Shown one piece after another: positions 1-10,238 of a stretch of 64,000 nt of DNA. Made by a program: the position numbers and the translations under genes. Source of the stretch: Paramoeba atlantica. Lineage: Eukaryota; Protista; Discosea. The notes under the pieces were generated by a model, which saw only the letters and a program-made list of their open reading frames with translations, was not told the DNA's origin and made no database searches. Every line of letters starts with the position of its first letter. Positions within the stretch are counted from its first letter, which is position 1. The stretch lies in contig CDRNVI010000044.1 in NCBI GenBank assembly GCA_977017575.1, forward strand, positions 124,001 to 188,000. The letters run 5' to 3'.

Positions 1-590
1 TGAGTTTTGTGTTTAGACACAGCCACTTTTCACCATCGTACGACCTGCGCCGTTACAATGATCAACAATGGTGTGTCTATGTGTTGGACCGTCAGACCCA
101 TGCCCGCAAGTGATGCATCCGCCTTTCAACTTCTATTAAAAGGGGTTATAGAGGAGCTTTACGCCGATCGAATTTTTGTGGCGCACGCAGTTTCAGACGC
201 AGTTGCATTCAGAGCGCAATTGCTACGAGCGAGTAGACTTATCCACTATTTACTAAAAACGGATACTTCGAGTTTGGGCTATATTTCTTTTAGCTTTGGG
301 TAGGCTAAGTGCGGAGGTGGAGTGACGATGGACGTATAAAAACGCGTGTGTGTTACTCACTTACACAAAAAATACCATTTGGAATGCAGCAAAAGTTTAT
401 AGTTTTCTTATAGTTTTATAGTAAAATACAGTAAATACAGGGGTGCGGGTCTAAAGGTGGGGGGGTCTAAAATTCGTAAAAGTTGTCCAATTTTGGAAAA
501 TAATAGCGCATTGGATAGCTCTCACAGAGTTGTATGTTTTAGGCGCATTAAAATCCTGTGATTTTAACGTACATATTTTTTGATACCACA

Positions 591-630
591 TTTCGCTTTT
601 TTCCCTCGCAGGAATTACATTTTTTACTAG
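591..630 (+). promoter_or_regulatory. Putative trans-splice acceptor(s) upstream of the transposase
   Basis: Pyrimidine tract TTTCGCTTTTTTCCCTCGCAG (AG at 610-611) and a second TTTTTTACTAG (AG at 629-630) just before the ATG at 634. Confidence 0.4.
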
Positions 631-633
631 AAA

Positions 634-1755
634 ATGCCCCAAAAGCGCGCTCGCTCGAGGACTTCCCGTGGAGTACTGAGCGATAGATCGTATTCTTCCC
701 CCGCCCCCGTCAAAGAGAGTCACCGCATGCTTTCGGTGGCGGAATACGAGCGCACAGGATCGTACTCCGCTACGGCGCAGCACTTTGGTGTTCATGAGAA
801 CACTGTAAAACGTTGGGTTGAACGTTTTACCCTTACGGGTGACGTGTTAACGGCATCCCGAGAGCGTGTCTCGACGGTGGTTACCCCCGCGTTCCTGGAT
901 GTGGCTCTCAAGCTTGTCGACGAGGGGTATCGCGACCTTGTTTACGGCGTAGAGAGCTGGAGCGATCTTCTGCGAGAGATCCGTAGCCAAGGATTCACCT
1001 GCAGTCGACGGACCCTAGTCGACACATTGAAGAAGCAAGGCGTTGTGCTCCGCACTCTTCGGCGACGACCATCACTCACACTCGAACACAAGGAGAAACG
1101 GTTGCAATTTTGTAAGGCGATGCTCGAGAAGAGCGACGCTCAACTCCTTCATTTTGTTTATTGTGACGAAAAGAAGTTTACTTGCGGTCGTGGGCGTTCC
1201 GGGCGAACTTACCTTTGTCGGAGGACGGACCCCCATAAGGAACAACGAGGCGAGCTAGAATCATGGTACGGCGGAAATGGGATTATGGTTTGGATGGGTG
1301 TGAGCCTCAAACACGGCTTCCATCTCCACATTTTCCCTCCTCGAAATTCAGAAGGCCAGAAACTCACCGTTACGGGTGAAATTTTTGATCAGGCTATGAA
1401 AAAGCCACGGGGCTTTCTTCAATATTTAAAGCGACATCCAGCGGCCACGATTGCCATGGACAACTGCCCGGCCCACAACAAGGCGCGTGCCACGTTCCGT
1501 GATACAGGAATTTCCGTTCTCCCCTGGCCTGCAAAATCTCCAGACCTGAATCCGATCGAAAATTTGTGGTCTGTGATGGACACAGACAAAAATCTTCTTC
1601 GACCCCGAAATCGACAGCAACTGGAAGCCGCCATTGAGGGGTCTTTCCTTAAATTGAAACAGACCCACTCTGCAACGGTTCAGAAAACGTTGAAGAGTTT
1701 CAGGAAGCGTTGTGAAATTGTTATTAGTCGGAACGGGGGGCACTGTGGTTACTAA
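634..1755 (+). CDS. Tc1-like DDE transposase (DD32E)
   Basis: N-terminal HTH (GSYSATAQHFGVHENTVKRW), first Asp in VYCDEKKF, IMVWMGVS, second Asp in AMDNCPAH, Glu in WPAKSPDLNPIENLW. Confidence 0.95.
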   Translation: MPQKRARSRTSRGVLSDRSYSSPAPVKESHRMLSVAEYERTGSYSATAQHFGVHENTVKRWVERFTLTGDVLTASRERVSTVVTPAFLDVALKLVDEGYRDLVYGVESWSDLLREIRSQGFTCSRRTLVDTLKKQGVVLRTLRRRPSLTLEHKEKRLQFCKAMLEKSDAQLLHFVYCDEKKFTCGRGRSGRTYLCRRTDPHKEQRGELESWYGGNGIMVWMGVSLKHGFHLHIFPPRNSEGQKLTVTGEIFDQAMKKPRGFLQYLKRHPAATIAMDNCPAHNKARATFRDTGISVLPWPAKSPDLNPIENLWSVMDTDKNLLRPRNRQQLEAAIEGSFLKLKQTHSATVQKTLKSFRKRCEIVISRNGGHCGY

Positions 1756-2627
1756 TTGTCTTTTGCAATCCAAATTACAGAAATTATTGACATCACTAAA
1801 GTATTGCAATATGTGTTTTTGACCCTTACATGAAAGGGGGGTACCCCCCAAACCCCGGATGCTACCTATCCTAAAACATACAACTCTGTGAGAGCTATCC
1901 AATGCGCTATTATTTTCCAAAATTGGACAACTTTTACGAATTTTAGACCCCCCCCACCTTTAGATTCGCACCCCTGTATAGTACTATATAGTAACTATAT
2001 TCAATAAAAAAAACTATATTTTACTATATTATAGTTTCTGCGAACCCTGCTAATACTTACGATCGATATCACGATACTGCGTAATATATATAATAATCTA
2101 TTATATATAATATACATACATGCAGAATTATAAAAGTATACATTTTAGGCATATAAAGTACGAGAAGCAGTACGTCATCAATGTCCATTTAAGCTCTGAC
2201 GCAGTGAATGATAAATGCGGTGCACGTGCTTGAATGGGAACCATCCTAGTGGGACTGGCACATAGTAGGTATACTATACTACAGAGTGTTATTTGCCACC
2301 AGTGAAGCGCCCCAGGAGAGCCTTGCGTCCCCGTACCCGGATTGAGCCGGGAGCCGGAGTTGGTACTTGCGGCGCTTGCTTGTGGGGATGGCAGGCGCTC
2401 TTGTACCAAACAAACAAACAAATTTACTCGAACATTCGTCCGTGCGCTGCAGTTCTGGGGTAGGCGTCCGACCTCCGCCCGTTGCAGGAAGTGCGCTTCA
2501 CTGCCCTGAGCAGGTGCTGGTGAAACATAGCTTCCAACAAATCGCCCATCGTTGTTCACTTTTTTCACCCAATGTAAGATTTATTTTTTCTCCCTTTTTA
2601 AACGACAATCATGTATTCACTTCACTG

Positions 2628-2906
2628 TCACTCTCTTTGTCTCCACGTATTGAAGGCCTTTCGCTTAGTCTTGCCTGGACACTGTTCACTCCCACATTTG
2701 TGTCCGACCTTCCCTCCACAGGTATAGCAATACGTGGGGCTTTTACAATTTGCGGCATAGTGGCCTTCTTCCAGACAATTGTAACATTTAATTGTCTGAT
2801 GTTGCTTTTTTACAACACTTCCAATCTTATCAGAATGTTCTCCGGAGTTCTCTGATTGTGCCTGTACCTCATAGTTCGGGAAAGAAAGCTCACGCTTTCT
2901 TCTCAC
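2628..2906 (-). pseudogene. Gag/LINE-ORF1-like relic with CCHC zinc knuckles
   Basis: CYNCLEEGHYAANC (CX2CX4HX4C) followed by CYTCGGKVGHKCGSEQC. The ORF is short, antisense to the host genes, and no pol ORF follows. Confidence 0.55.
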
Positions 2907-2969
2907 CCTGCTGGATCCACCCTACCCCGGACAGCATAAAGAAGGGAGAGGCAGAGGTTGTAAACAACC
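2900..2969. repeat. 70-bp interspersed repeat, copy A (inverted copy at 11385-11454)
   Basis: 66/70 identical to the reverse complement of 11385-11454 by manual alignment. Confidence 0.9.
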
Positions 2970-2972
2970 ACC

Positions 2973-3026
2973 GCAATAGTCCTTTACTTATGCAATAGTC
3001 CTTTACTTATGCAAAAGTCCTTGACT
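2973..3026 (+). repeat. 19-bp tandem repeat (about 2.8 copies)
   Basis: GCAATAGTCCTTTACTTAT x2 plus partial GCAAAAGTCCTTGACT. Confidence 0.8.
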
Positions 3027-3854
3027 TTCACCGGTGCCCCCTGGAGAGAATCCCAAAGTTAGGAAAAAACAGAAAAAGTTAGGAAAATGACAAAAATCAT
3101 GTGTGATCGCCGCTTAGCTACAAAGCTTTTTTTCGAGGAATTCGTATTTTTCATGTAACTAACGGTATTTTTAAGGGATTCAGATGAGCATACGTGCCGT
3201 TTCGGCCTCTTCGGGGTGCTGGAAGGAGAAAAAGTCATTAAAAAATAAGCAATTTTTAAATCTATTCAAAAATTTTAGTAAAAAAACGTGTAATTTTCCA
3301 CTATTTCGAAGCGTCTGGCTAAAGGGTAAAAACAGTGGCAAAGTACTTTCCCATGGGAAAGAGATCTCCCGAATGCTGCACAGATGAGCAAAATCGGATA
3401 AAAAAACTAAAATTTCCTGAGGGGGGGATCAATATGACGCGGGTTGTACATGACAAAATTTCGCCGGTTGGACGGGACGACGAGGAAACCTTAGCGCGTG
3501 GTATTTGAAAAAATATGAAATTAGTTGAAGCCTATGTTGTCGCTGAATGTGGGAAGGGCAATCGAGCTTCAAAGTCCATGCTTCGCCTCGAAAAACTCTT
3601 ATACAGATACGGAGCTCTTTACATGATGTTACCATGCTATGCTAGTAGCGGTACTAAAATCTCCTGGTTATCACCTTTTGTTGTTCATTGTGTTCATTGG
3701 TTCATGAACCATCAAGATATAAGATACTGCATCCCTTGTGATATACGAGACCGTTAGAAGAATAGCTACTCATATTAAAAAGGGCTGTGTCCAACCCAAT
3801 TCCCCTAGATTTCCAAAGCTAAGAGGTCGACATCAAAATTTATTTTTAGCGAGA

Positions 3855-3878
3855 ACATGCGAGTACGTACTCGCATGT
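3855..3878. repeat. Perfect 24-bp palindrome
   Basis: ACATGCGAGTAC|GTACTCGCATGT. Confidence 0.9.
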
Positions 3879-3982
3879 ACTCGGCAAATCGTACGTACAC
3901 TCCGTACTCGCTAAGGTATGTAAAAATCGGCTATTTTTGCCTCAAATCCTTCCGGTTTCTTCGGCTTTCCGGGCCGTTTTTC

Positions 3983-4079
3983 AGGCTCTTCGTTAAACGC
4001 GGTGGTAGTTTTCAACGCGAAGCGCGCAACATGAGTGACTTCTAAGTTGAAAACAACCACCGCGTTTAACGAAGAGCCT
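3983..4079. repeat. Inverted repeat, 34-bp arms, 29-nt loop
   Basis: Arms 3983-4016 and 4046-4079 are complementary with one mismatch. Confidence 0.9.
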
Positions 4080-4885
4080 AAACAATGTGCGAGCGCCCCC
4101 CCTGGAACCCCCCTGCAACCCCCCTGCCCCCCCCCCCCGCCCTGGACCCCCCCTGCCCCGGACCCCCCCGCCCCGGACCCCCCTGCCCTCCCCGCCCTGG
4201 ACCTCATAAAATCATACGAAAGTACTTTAAATCCAATTCGATGAAAAACTCATCGAACTGAAGACATAGCCTGATATTCGAACTAGTTCACTTTCTTTGA
4301 TAATATCATTTACCTTCTTTTTTTGCCATTAGGTGACATAATCGCTGTGACACCTGGACTTCCCCCCTAGCCCCCCTGCCCCCCCCTGCCTTCCCCCGCC
4401 CCCGTCCCCCCTGGACCCCCATTCTCATTTTGTTTCAATTTTGGACCACCGGAGCCCCCTTTTATTTTTTTTTCCTTTATTATACTATTGTGTTCCTCTT
4501 TATACACTTCCTCTGTATGTTCACTGTTTTTCAATAATCGAGGGTAGAGCGGTAGTTATACAACCACCGCAACTACAGTGTAAATTTATCGCCACGCATG
4601 TATTATGGTGCGACGAATACGTATAGAACACTCTAATTCGCTTGAAAATGGCGACATTTCGTCTTTTGTACAAAACAGCGACAAAAATCTAAGGAAATCC
4701 CCAGTTAGCTTAATACGGGATGTTACCCGTAAGCTTCGACTATAAGTGGACTTCCATGATTAGCTGCACCACCGTAGCTTACAATACGGGAGGGAATGAT
4801 AGGGAAAGGTCTAAGAGAGTCGTAAATTTCAAGAGTAAATTGAATGACAATTTTAACAACGTGACTTATATGAGCATTACGATTC

Positions 4886-6502
4886 ATGACTAGAAAGGAC
4901 GTGGGGCTAGAAAAAAATGGCGACTCCCAGAAACATGAATTACATTGTACTTGCGCCGAAAGAGGAAATGTGTTTTCTCAAAAACCATATTGTATCACAC
5001 TTGATTCTACGGTTATACTCAAACCGAGCATTGTGCAATCCATGATTACCTCAATTCTGAGCAAATCCCTCGTGAGTACACCGAAGTGGATATCATTTGC
5101 AGATACAACACCAAGGATCGCAGTTTTATTTGTAATTGATGAGATAGAGGAGAATGTGTCAAGAATATGTGACTTGCATCAATTCGACATGAAGCTTCCG
5201 AACAGAATTGCCAATACTCGATTTGAGCTATTCTGCGAAGAATTCTTTTGCAATGGGGTCAAACTTACAAAAATCCTTCGCAAGACGGACTTGGACATGC
5301 CCATAGAACAAATTCAAGTTTCTTCCAACGAAATTCAATTTAACGAGGCTAGGGATCTGCCTTTTCGACTATGTAGCGCAAAACATTTGCTTGCATCGGC
5401 GGAAGATATGCTCATTCTAGGGATTGACTCACATGCTGAAAATCAAAATTTTATTAAAACTCAGCCCCCCACAAGAAGCACAGTACGTAGCGCAGAAAAA
5501 TTGTTAGCCATTGATTGTGAAATGGTGCTAACTCAACATGGGCAAGAGCTCGCGAGAGTCTCGATCGTGGATTGTACAACTCGTTCAGTTGTGTATGACG
5601 AAATTGTACAGCCAGAAAACCCGGTTACAAACTATTTAACGGCTTACAGTGGAATAACAAGAAAAAAATTGCTGGGGGTAAAGACGACCATACATGACGT
5701 GCAATCTTATTTATTGGCGAATTTGATTTTCGAGGATACGATTCTTGTCGGACACAGCATCATCAATGATTTAAAGGCTCTGCGCATCCAACATTCAAGA
5801 ATTGCAGAACTTACCTTGCTTTATCCCAGAGGGTCGAATTCCGAAATAGAAGGTATAAATACGAGGCGCAGTCCGCAATACTCACTAAAAACGTTATGCA
5901 GGGTTCTACTTAATCGTACTATTCAGAATAATCCAGCGCTCGGCCACGACAGCGTGGAAGATGCCCTTGCAACGGCAGATCTTTTTTGTCTTAAATTATC
6001 GAAAGGAATTCACTTCGGGTCCAATTTAAAGCTTGAATGCTCACCTCGAAATAAAGAATTATCTATGAATGCTGTGAAGAGTCGTTTTCTGTGTCATCTA
6101 CAGGGCCAGGGCATTACGACACACTCGTACTGTAGCAACATCGTTGCGTCGTGCAGCAATAATCATTTTTTAGACGACAACGAAAAGAGTATTGATTCTC
6201 AGCCATCTTGTCTGTGTAATGTGTTTCTCCCAAAAAACATCGCAGGATTTCCCTTAGACTCATTTACAACAAGTTTTTGTACACATAAGAGCGTGAATGC
6301 CAAAAGTGATTGGGCAGCTAGCATATTGCAGAAAAAGAAGTCCTTCACCTTTGTGCACATAAATAAGATAATATCTTTGGACCAATTGACTGAGGCATTG
6401 AAATCCCTTTATCAGAATGTGCCCTCACCGGAAAAAAGGCCTTTTGTCACTGTTATAGCATTGGGAGAAAATCGGCGTACCCCCTTTGTATTTTTCGCCT
6501 AG
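4886..6502 (+). CDS. DEDDh RNA exonuclease (REX1/REXO-like)
   Basis: LAIDCEMV, ELARVS, YSGIT, LVGHSIINDLKAL, GHDSVEDALAT motifs. Confidence 0.9.
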   Translation: MTRKDVGLEKNGDSQKHELHCTCAERGNVFSQKPYCITLDSTVILKPSIVQSMITSILSKSLVSTPKWISFADTTPRIAVLFVIDEIEENVSRICDLHQFDMKLPNRIANTRFELFCEEFFCNGVKLTKILRKTDLDMPIEQIQVSSNEIQFNEARDLPFRLCSAKHLLASAEDMLILGIDSHAENQNFIKTQPPTRSTVRSAEKLLAIDCEMVLTQHGQELARVSIVDCTTRSVVYDEIVQPENPVTNYLTAYSGITRKKLLGVKTTIHDVQSYLLANLIFEDTILVGHSIINDLKALRIQHSRIAELTLLYPRGSNSEIEGINTRRSPQYSLKTLCRVLLNRTIQNNPALGHDSVEDALATADLFCLKLSKGIHFGSNLKLECSPRNKELSMNAVKSRFLCHLQGQGITTHSYCSNIVASCSNNHFLDDNEKSIDSQPSCLCNVFLPKNIAGFPLDSFTTSFCTHKSVNAKSDWAASILQKKKSFTFVHINKIISLDQLTEALKSLYQNVPSPEKRPFVTVIALGENRRTPFVFFA

Positions 6503-7179
6503 GCACATTCCTGCAATGCTAGATCCGAGAAGTTAGGTAAAATTTTTACCCATTTTTAAAAAATGTACTACGTATTTCATTTCCCTGGCTGTACATTCCC
6601 TTGTAGTCAGGGAACAGGGATGCCCGAGTTTATAATAAAGGAAGGACACATTTTATGCTAAAGGAAGGACATCCGCTAAGAAGTTCTTCATTTTCCTCAC
6701 TCAACTTCATCGCCCTACGATACCTTTTGACTGATCCTCTTCCACAGGTCCCTCGTGGCTTCGTACAAAACGGACAGTCTCTTACGCTCCACTGTTTCAC
6801 TGTACAGCGAATTGTCGACCAAAATATTTTGGATCCAAAAAAACGAACTTGTGAATGATATTCCCTTTTTATACATTATTGTTTAGAGATTACGTGAGAT
6901 TACGTTTTAAATCTTACAAAAATTCAATTGTTTTTAATTAAAATGATTTTATTGCATAAAATTGTTTGCTATTTTGTACTCAAAAAGGTGGAAGGGGAAG
7001 AGAGAGAAACACTTGAGGGGCTGTGCAAACATGCGCTTATAGCGTTGTCCTATGCATTTATGGACTGCACTTGTATCGGTGTCGAGGGGTTTATAAAGGA
7101 TGGTAGGTAGAACGGGTGAACGTCTCTCATTTAAGAAAAATATTATTTGCCTGAAAAGAATATACATATCTCTCCTGTA

Positions 7180-8748
7180 ATGAAAGTGTGTGTTCTACTC
7201 AGCTCGTATGATGAAAGCACCTCGGATAGTGCCCAGTATGATGATTACATTTGTACTCCGGCACATTATTTTCCAGAGTGTGAAACGATTGGGACGCAAG
7301 CGAATGTGAAAGATTTTTTAGATAATCAGAAGCACGGTTCTTTTCAGCATTCTCGTAATCCACAGTATATCTTTGATTTGGTTCAACTGCATAAGGCTAC
7401 CTCGTACCGCGTTATTCGATCTCTGGTCCACAATGGAAATTATGATTGCTTCTTTAATTTGTGCGATGGAGGTAAGGACGAGGACCGGGCTGGCGTAGAG
7501 GTAGTGCGTGCTCTTGAAGAATTTGGAGTTCCCTATACAGGCGCAGACGCGAAACATTTCGATCCAAGTAAACCTGAGATGAAGCTAATTGCACACTTCA
7601 ACAGAATAAAGGTGCCTCCTTACGTTGTCTTTGATGAGACACCTGAAACCATTATTGCCTTGCAGACTGAATTGCATGCGCTAAAATTTCCAATGATTGT
7701 AAAGCATCCCCACGGTTGTGCAAGCGAAGGGCTCACAAAGCAAAGCAAGTGCCGAAACTACGAAGATGTCCTAAGTCAAATAGAAACATTTATATCACGT
7801 TCAAACATTGCAATGGTGGAAGAATTCATTGAAGGAGACGAAGTTACGGTACTCGCTCTTCAGACTCCTGAGGGTACGAAGGTCTTGCCTCCTGCCCAAA
7901 TGAGGTTTCCTGAAGGTGAAGATTTTAAACATTTTAATTTGAAATGGATTAACTACGAAGGTATTGAATGGTTTCCGGTTGAAAAATCAGATACTCTTTG
8001 TCAAGAAATGATGCGCGTAGGCAAAGTAGCATTCGAAAAGATTTTGGGGGGCATAGGCTACGGGAGATGCGATCTCAGAGTGCGCAGAAGCACTGGAGAG
8101 GTTTTCTTTCTGGAGATAAACCCGAATTGTGGAGTGTTATACCCACCAGGTCTAGAAAGTTCTGCGGATTGGATATTGAAATTTGAGTCTGATTTTGGAC
8201 CTCGGCAATTCGCCACAACACTCATTCAAAGCGCCGTTCTGACTTGTAAGAATAGATGTCCTGCATATCAGGCTGTTTACAGCAAAAAAAAAGGATATTA
8301 CTTGAAAGCAACTCGGAATGTTCTTCAATTTGGTCCAGTCTTTGTCGACGAAGGAAGGCCTATGTCTATTGCGACGTTGGCTCACGTCACGAAGCACTGG
8401 AGGGGTGATGATAAGGCCAATTTTGAGCGATACGCTTGGCCTTTGTCCGACGACCGGCATCTCTATGTAGTGCGGGACGAGGACCACACAAAGTGGCGTC
8501 CAATTAGTCATAGTTGCTCCCCGAATACGATGTTTGAGGCACCGAATTCGCTCAATATTATTGCCTCTCGTGACATAGTGAAAGGTGAAGAACTGACTAT
8601 CGATTATGCTACGTTTCGTGATGAAATTATGAAACCTTTTGATTGTGTGTGTGGCGAGGCTGCGTGTCGGAAAAGAATATTTGCCGATCCGTCAATGCTT
8701 GAGCGATACGGTCCAAATGCATGGCATCGTCGTAATTGTAGTGTTTAA
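7180..8748 (+). CDS. D-Ala-D-Ala-ligase-like ATP-grasp protein fused to a C-terminal SET domain
   Basis: FNLCDG, GVPYTGA, FPMIVKHP, MVEEFIEGDEVTV, GYGRCDLR, FLEINPNCG; then SET ISHSCSPN, DIVKGEELTIDY and post-SET CVCGEAAC. First ATG at 7180. Confidence 0.85.
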   Translation: MKVCVLLSSYDESTSDSAQYDDYICTPAHYFPECETIGTQANVKDFLDNQKHGSFQHSRNPQYIFDLVQLHKATSYRVIRSLVHNGNYDCFFNLCDGGKDEDRAGVEVVRALEEFGVPYTGADAKHFDPSKPEMKLIAHFNRIKVPPYVVFDETPETIIALQTELHALKFPMIVKHPHGCASEGLTKQSKCRNYEDVLSQIETFISRSNIAMVEEFIEGDEVTVLALQTPEGTKVLPPAQMRFPEGEDFKHFNLKWINYEGIEWFPVEKSDTLCQEMMRVGKVAFEKILGGIGYGRCDLRVRRSTGEVFFLEINPNCGVLYPPGLESSADWILKFESDFGPRQFATTLIQSAVLTCKNRCPAYQAVYSKKKGYYLKATRNVLQFGPVFVDEGRPMSIATLAHVTKHWRGDDKANFERYAWPLSDDRHLYVVRDEDHTKWRPISHSCSPNTMFEAPNSLNIIASRDIVKGEELTIDYATFRDEIMKPFDCVCGEAACRKRIFADPSMLERYGPNAWHRRNCSV

Positions 8749-9621
8749 AAGTTGTTTTGCGTGTCATGCTGCTAAATTCATGAAATCAATAATAACCTTT
8801 TAATCTACCAATAATCTATTTTGTAGCTAAGATTTAATTGAACACTATTAATACCTTACTCAGAATAGTGTGTTATTTATTAAAAAATGAATCAGAATTC
8901 GATGTTATTTTTTATGAAGAGGAATAATGCACTTTTTTTAAACGCAGCCATTGTGCTGCATTTTATAGAGCTTTTATTCTGCCCCGAAAAATTTGAAGAC
9001 AGGCAGACTAGTAAACTGTATTTACGAGCCTACATACACTGTATACGAGTCAATAAATGTGCAGTGCGCGAACTAGATTTGAATAGCAGCTTTATTTCTC
9101 TATATTTTTGAGTTTTTCTGAAGTTGTTTAGTCAGGGGGTGACTTTTTTCTCCCCTGACTTATCCTCGTTTTTCAGTTTCATGAAAAAGTAAGGCTAACC
9201 CCTTTGTTAACTAAAAAATGTGCTCAAACGTCTTTCTCGTTTTTTAAATGCTTTAAATGCTTTAATAAAATTTAATTAGACATTCAATTTAATTAGACAA
9301 TCTAATTAGACACAAGCTACTTTCTATGATGAGCGAAGACGCTGCAAAAGAATTATAACTTTTGGGTTAGATCTTACTTGGCACGTCCTTACCTAACCTG
9401 TTCTTCGATGCCCTCCCCTACCCTGCCTTTTATTAATATTGATCAATATTGTTGTGTCGGACATCTTCCCTCAGAGGTCGATACTCTTCCCTTTCTCCCC
9501 GCTTCGTAAGCAGTGGAGTGCTCCTGATTTGACGAACTGCGTCGACAATAGTATTGAACAGTATTGAATCGTACAACTCGCGCACGAATCCTTTATCTTA
9601 CTTACAAATAATGTGGACTTA

Positions 9622-9770
9622 CTATGCCCCCCCTACATAATTGTCACCCTCCCACCCCCCTACTTATTTGTCATCTGGGAAAATATAGTGAATTCACCCC
9701 CCCTACACAATTGTCAGTCAGACAAAACAGGAGCCGCGCAGCGGCGCCGATTTTTTTTTCCCGATTTGTG
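9622..9770. mobile_element. Left-end fragment of the CTRT..CCCCCC TIR family
   Basis: TA|CTATGCCCCCCC terminus, three CCCCCCTAC(A/T)(T/C)A(A/T)TTGTCA repeats, and GCCGCGCAGCGGCGCCGATTTTTT. Homologous to the reverse complement of 33260-33357. Confidence 0.6.
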
Positions 9771-9896
9771 TTCAAAAAAATTATTGTCCCATTACACCCT
9801 ATTTAAACCGCGGTTCACTCCAATATCAAAATCAAAGTTTGATATTAAGCTGGCAATTTTGATATTAAAGTGTCCACCCTAAAAAGTTTGATATTA

Positions 9897-10124
9897 CTGT
9901 GCCCCCACCCACTTATAGTGCCGCGGGGTACCCCCCACTTACACTCGCTGTGGGGCTTAACACTCACTGTATAGTGCCGTTTGGTCGAAAACCGCGGCAC
10001 TATAAGTGGGGGGCACAGGAAAATGTGGGCGGGTTACCGGTGAAACTTCAATTAAGGGTAATTAGAATTAAAGCAGTGCCGTTCGGTCGAAAACCGCGGT
10101 ACTATAAGTGGGGGGGGGGCACAT
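9897..10124. mobile_element. Small MITE with duplicated right arm
   Basis: Left TA|CTGTGCCCCCACCCACTTATAGTGCCGCGG. Complementary right arms end at 10018 and at 10124, the latter followed by TA. Confidence 0.6.
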
Positions 10125-10140
10125 TAGTTGATAAGGTACG

Positions 10141-10238
10141 CTCCTGATGTGAGTCTGACAACTATAATATAGGCTCCTGATGTGAGTCTGACAACAATAA
10201 TATAGGCTCCTGATGTGAGTCTGACAACAATATTATAC
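10141..10238 (+). repeat. 33-bp tandem repeat, about 3 copies
   Basis: CTCCTGATGTGAGTCTGACAAC(T/A)ATAATATAGG starting at 10141, 10174 and 10207. Confidence 0.9.

Larger units (their letters stand above)
438..1976 (+). mobile_element. Full-length Tc1/mariner-superfamily DNA transposon (1539 bp)
   Basis: TIRs 438-543 and 1870-1976 begin CAGGGGTGCG and differ by 2 substitutions plus one base in the G/C run. TA dinucleotides flank the element at 436-437 and 1977-1978. It encloses one intact transposase ORF. Confidence 0.95.

Noticed and set aside
7-303. 98-aa ORF at the window start
   Set aside because: Non-ATG start with an in-frame stop at 1-3 and no recognisable motif.
417-2028. TATAGTAAAATA(C/T)AGT inverted match in the two flanks of the Tc1 element
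   Set aside because: 15/16 match in very AT-rich, TATAG-repetitive DNA. It could be a pre-existing hairpin target, but chance cannot be excluded.
2300-2380. HDV-like ribozyme
   Set aside because: P1/P3-like pairings can be drawn on the minus strand, but no P2 partner or J4/2 motif could be placed.
7180-8250. Peptidoglycan D-Ala-D-Ala ligase or bacterial contamination
   Set aside because: Embedded among eukaryotic genes on the same strand with similar composition and fused to SET. Only the ATP-grasp fold is supported, not the Ddl function.
10141-10238. 33-bp repeats as a CRISPR array
   Set aside because: Head-to-tail tandem units without unique spacers, eukaryotic context and no cas genes.
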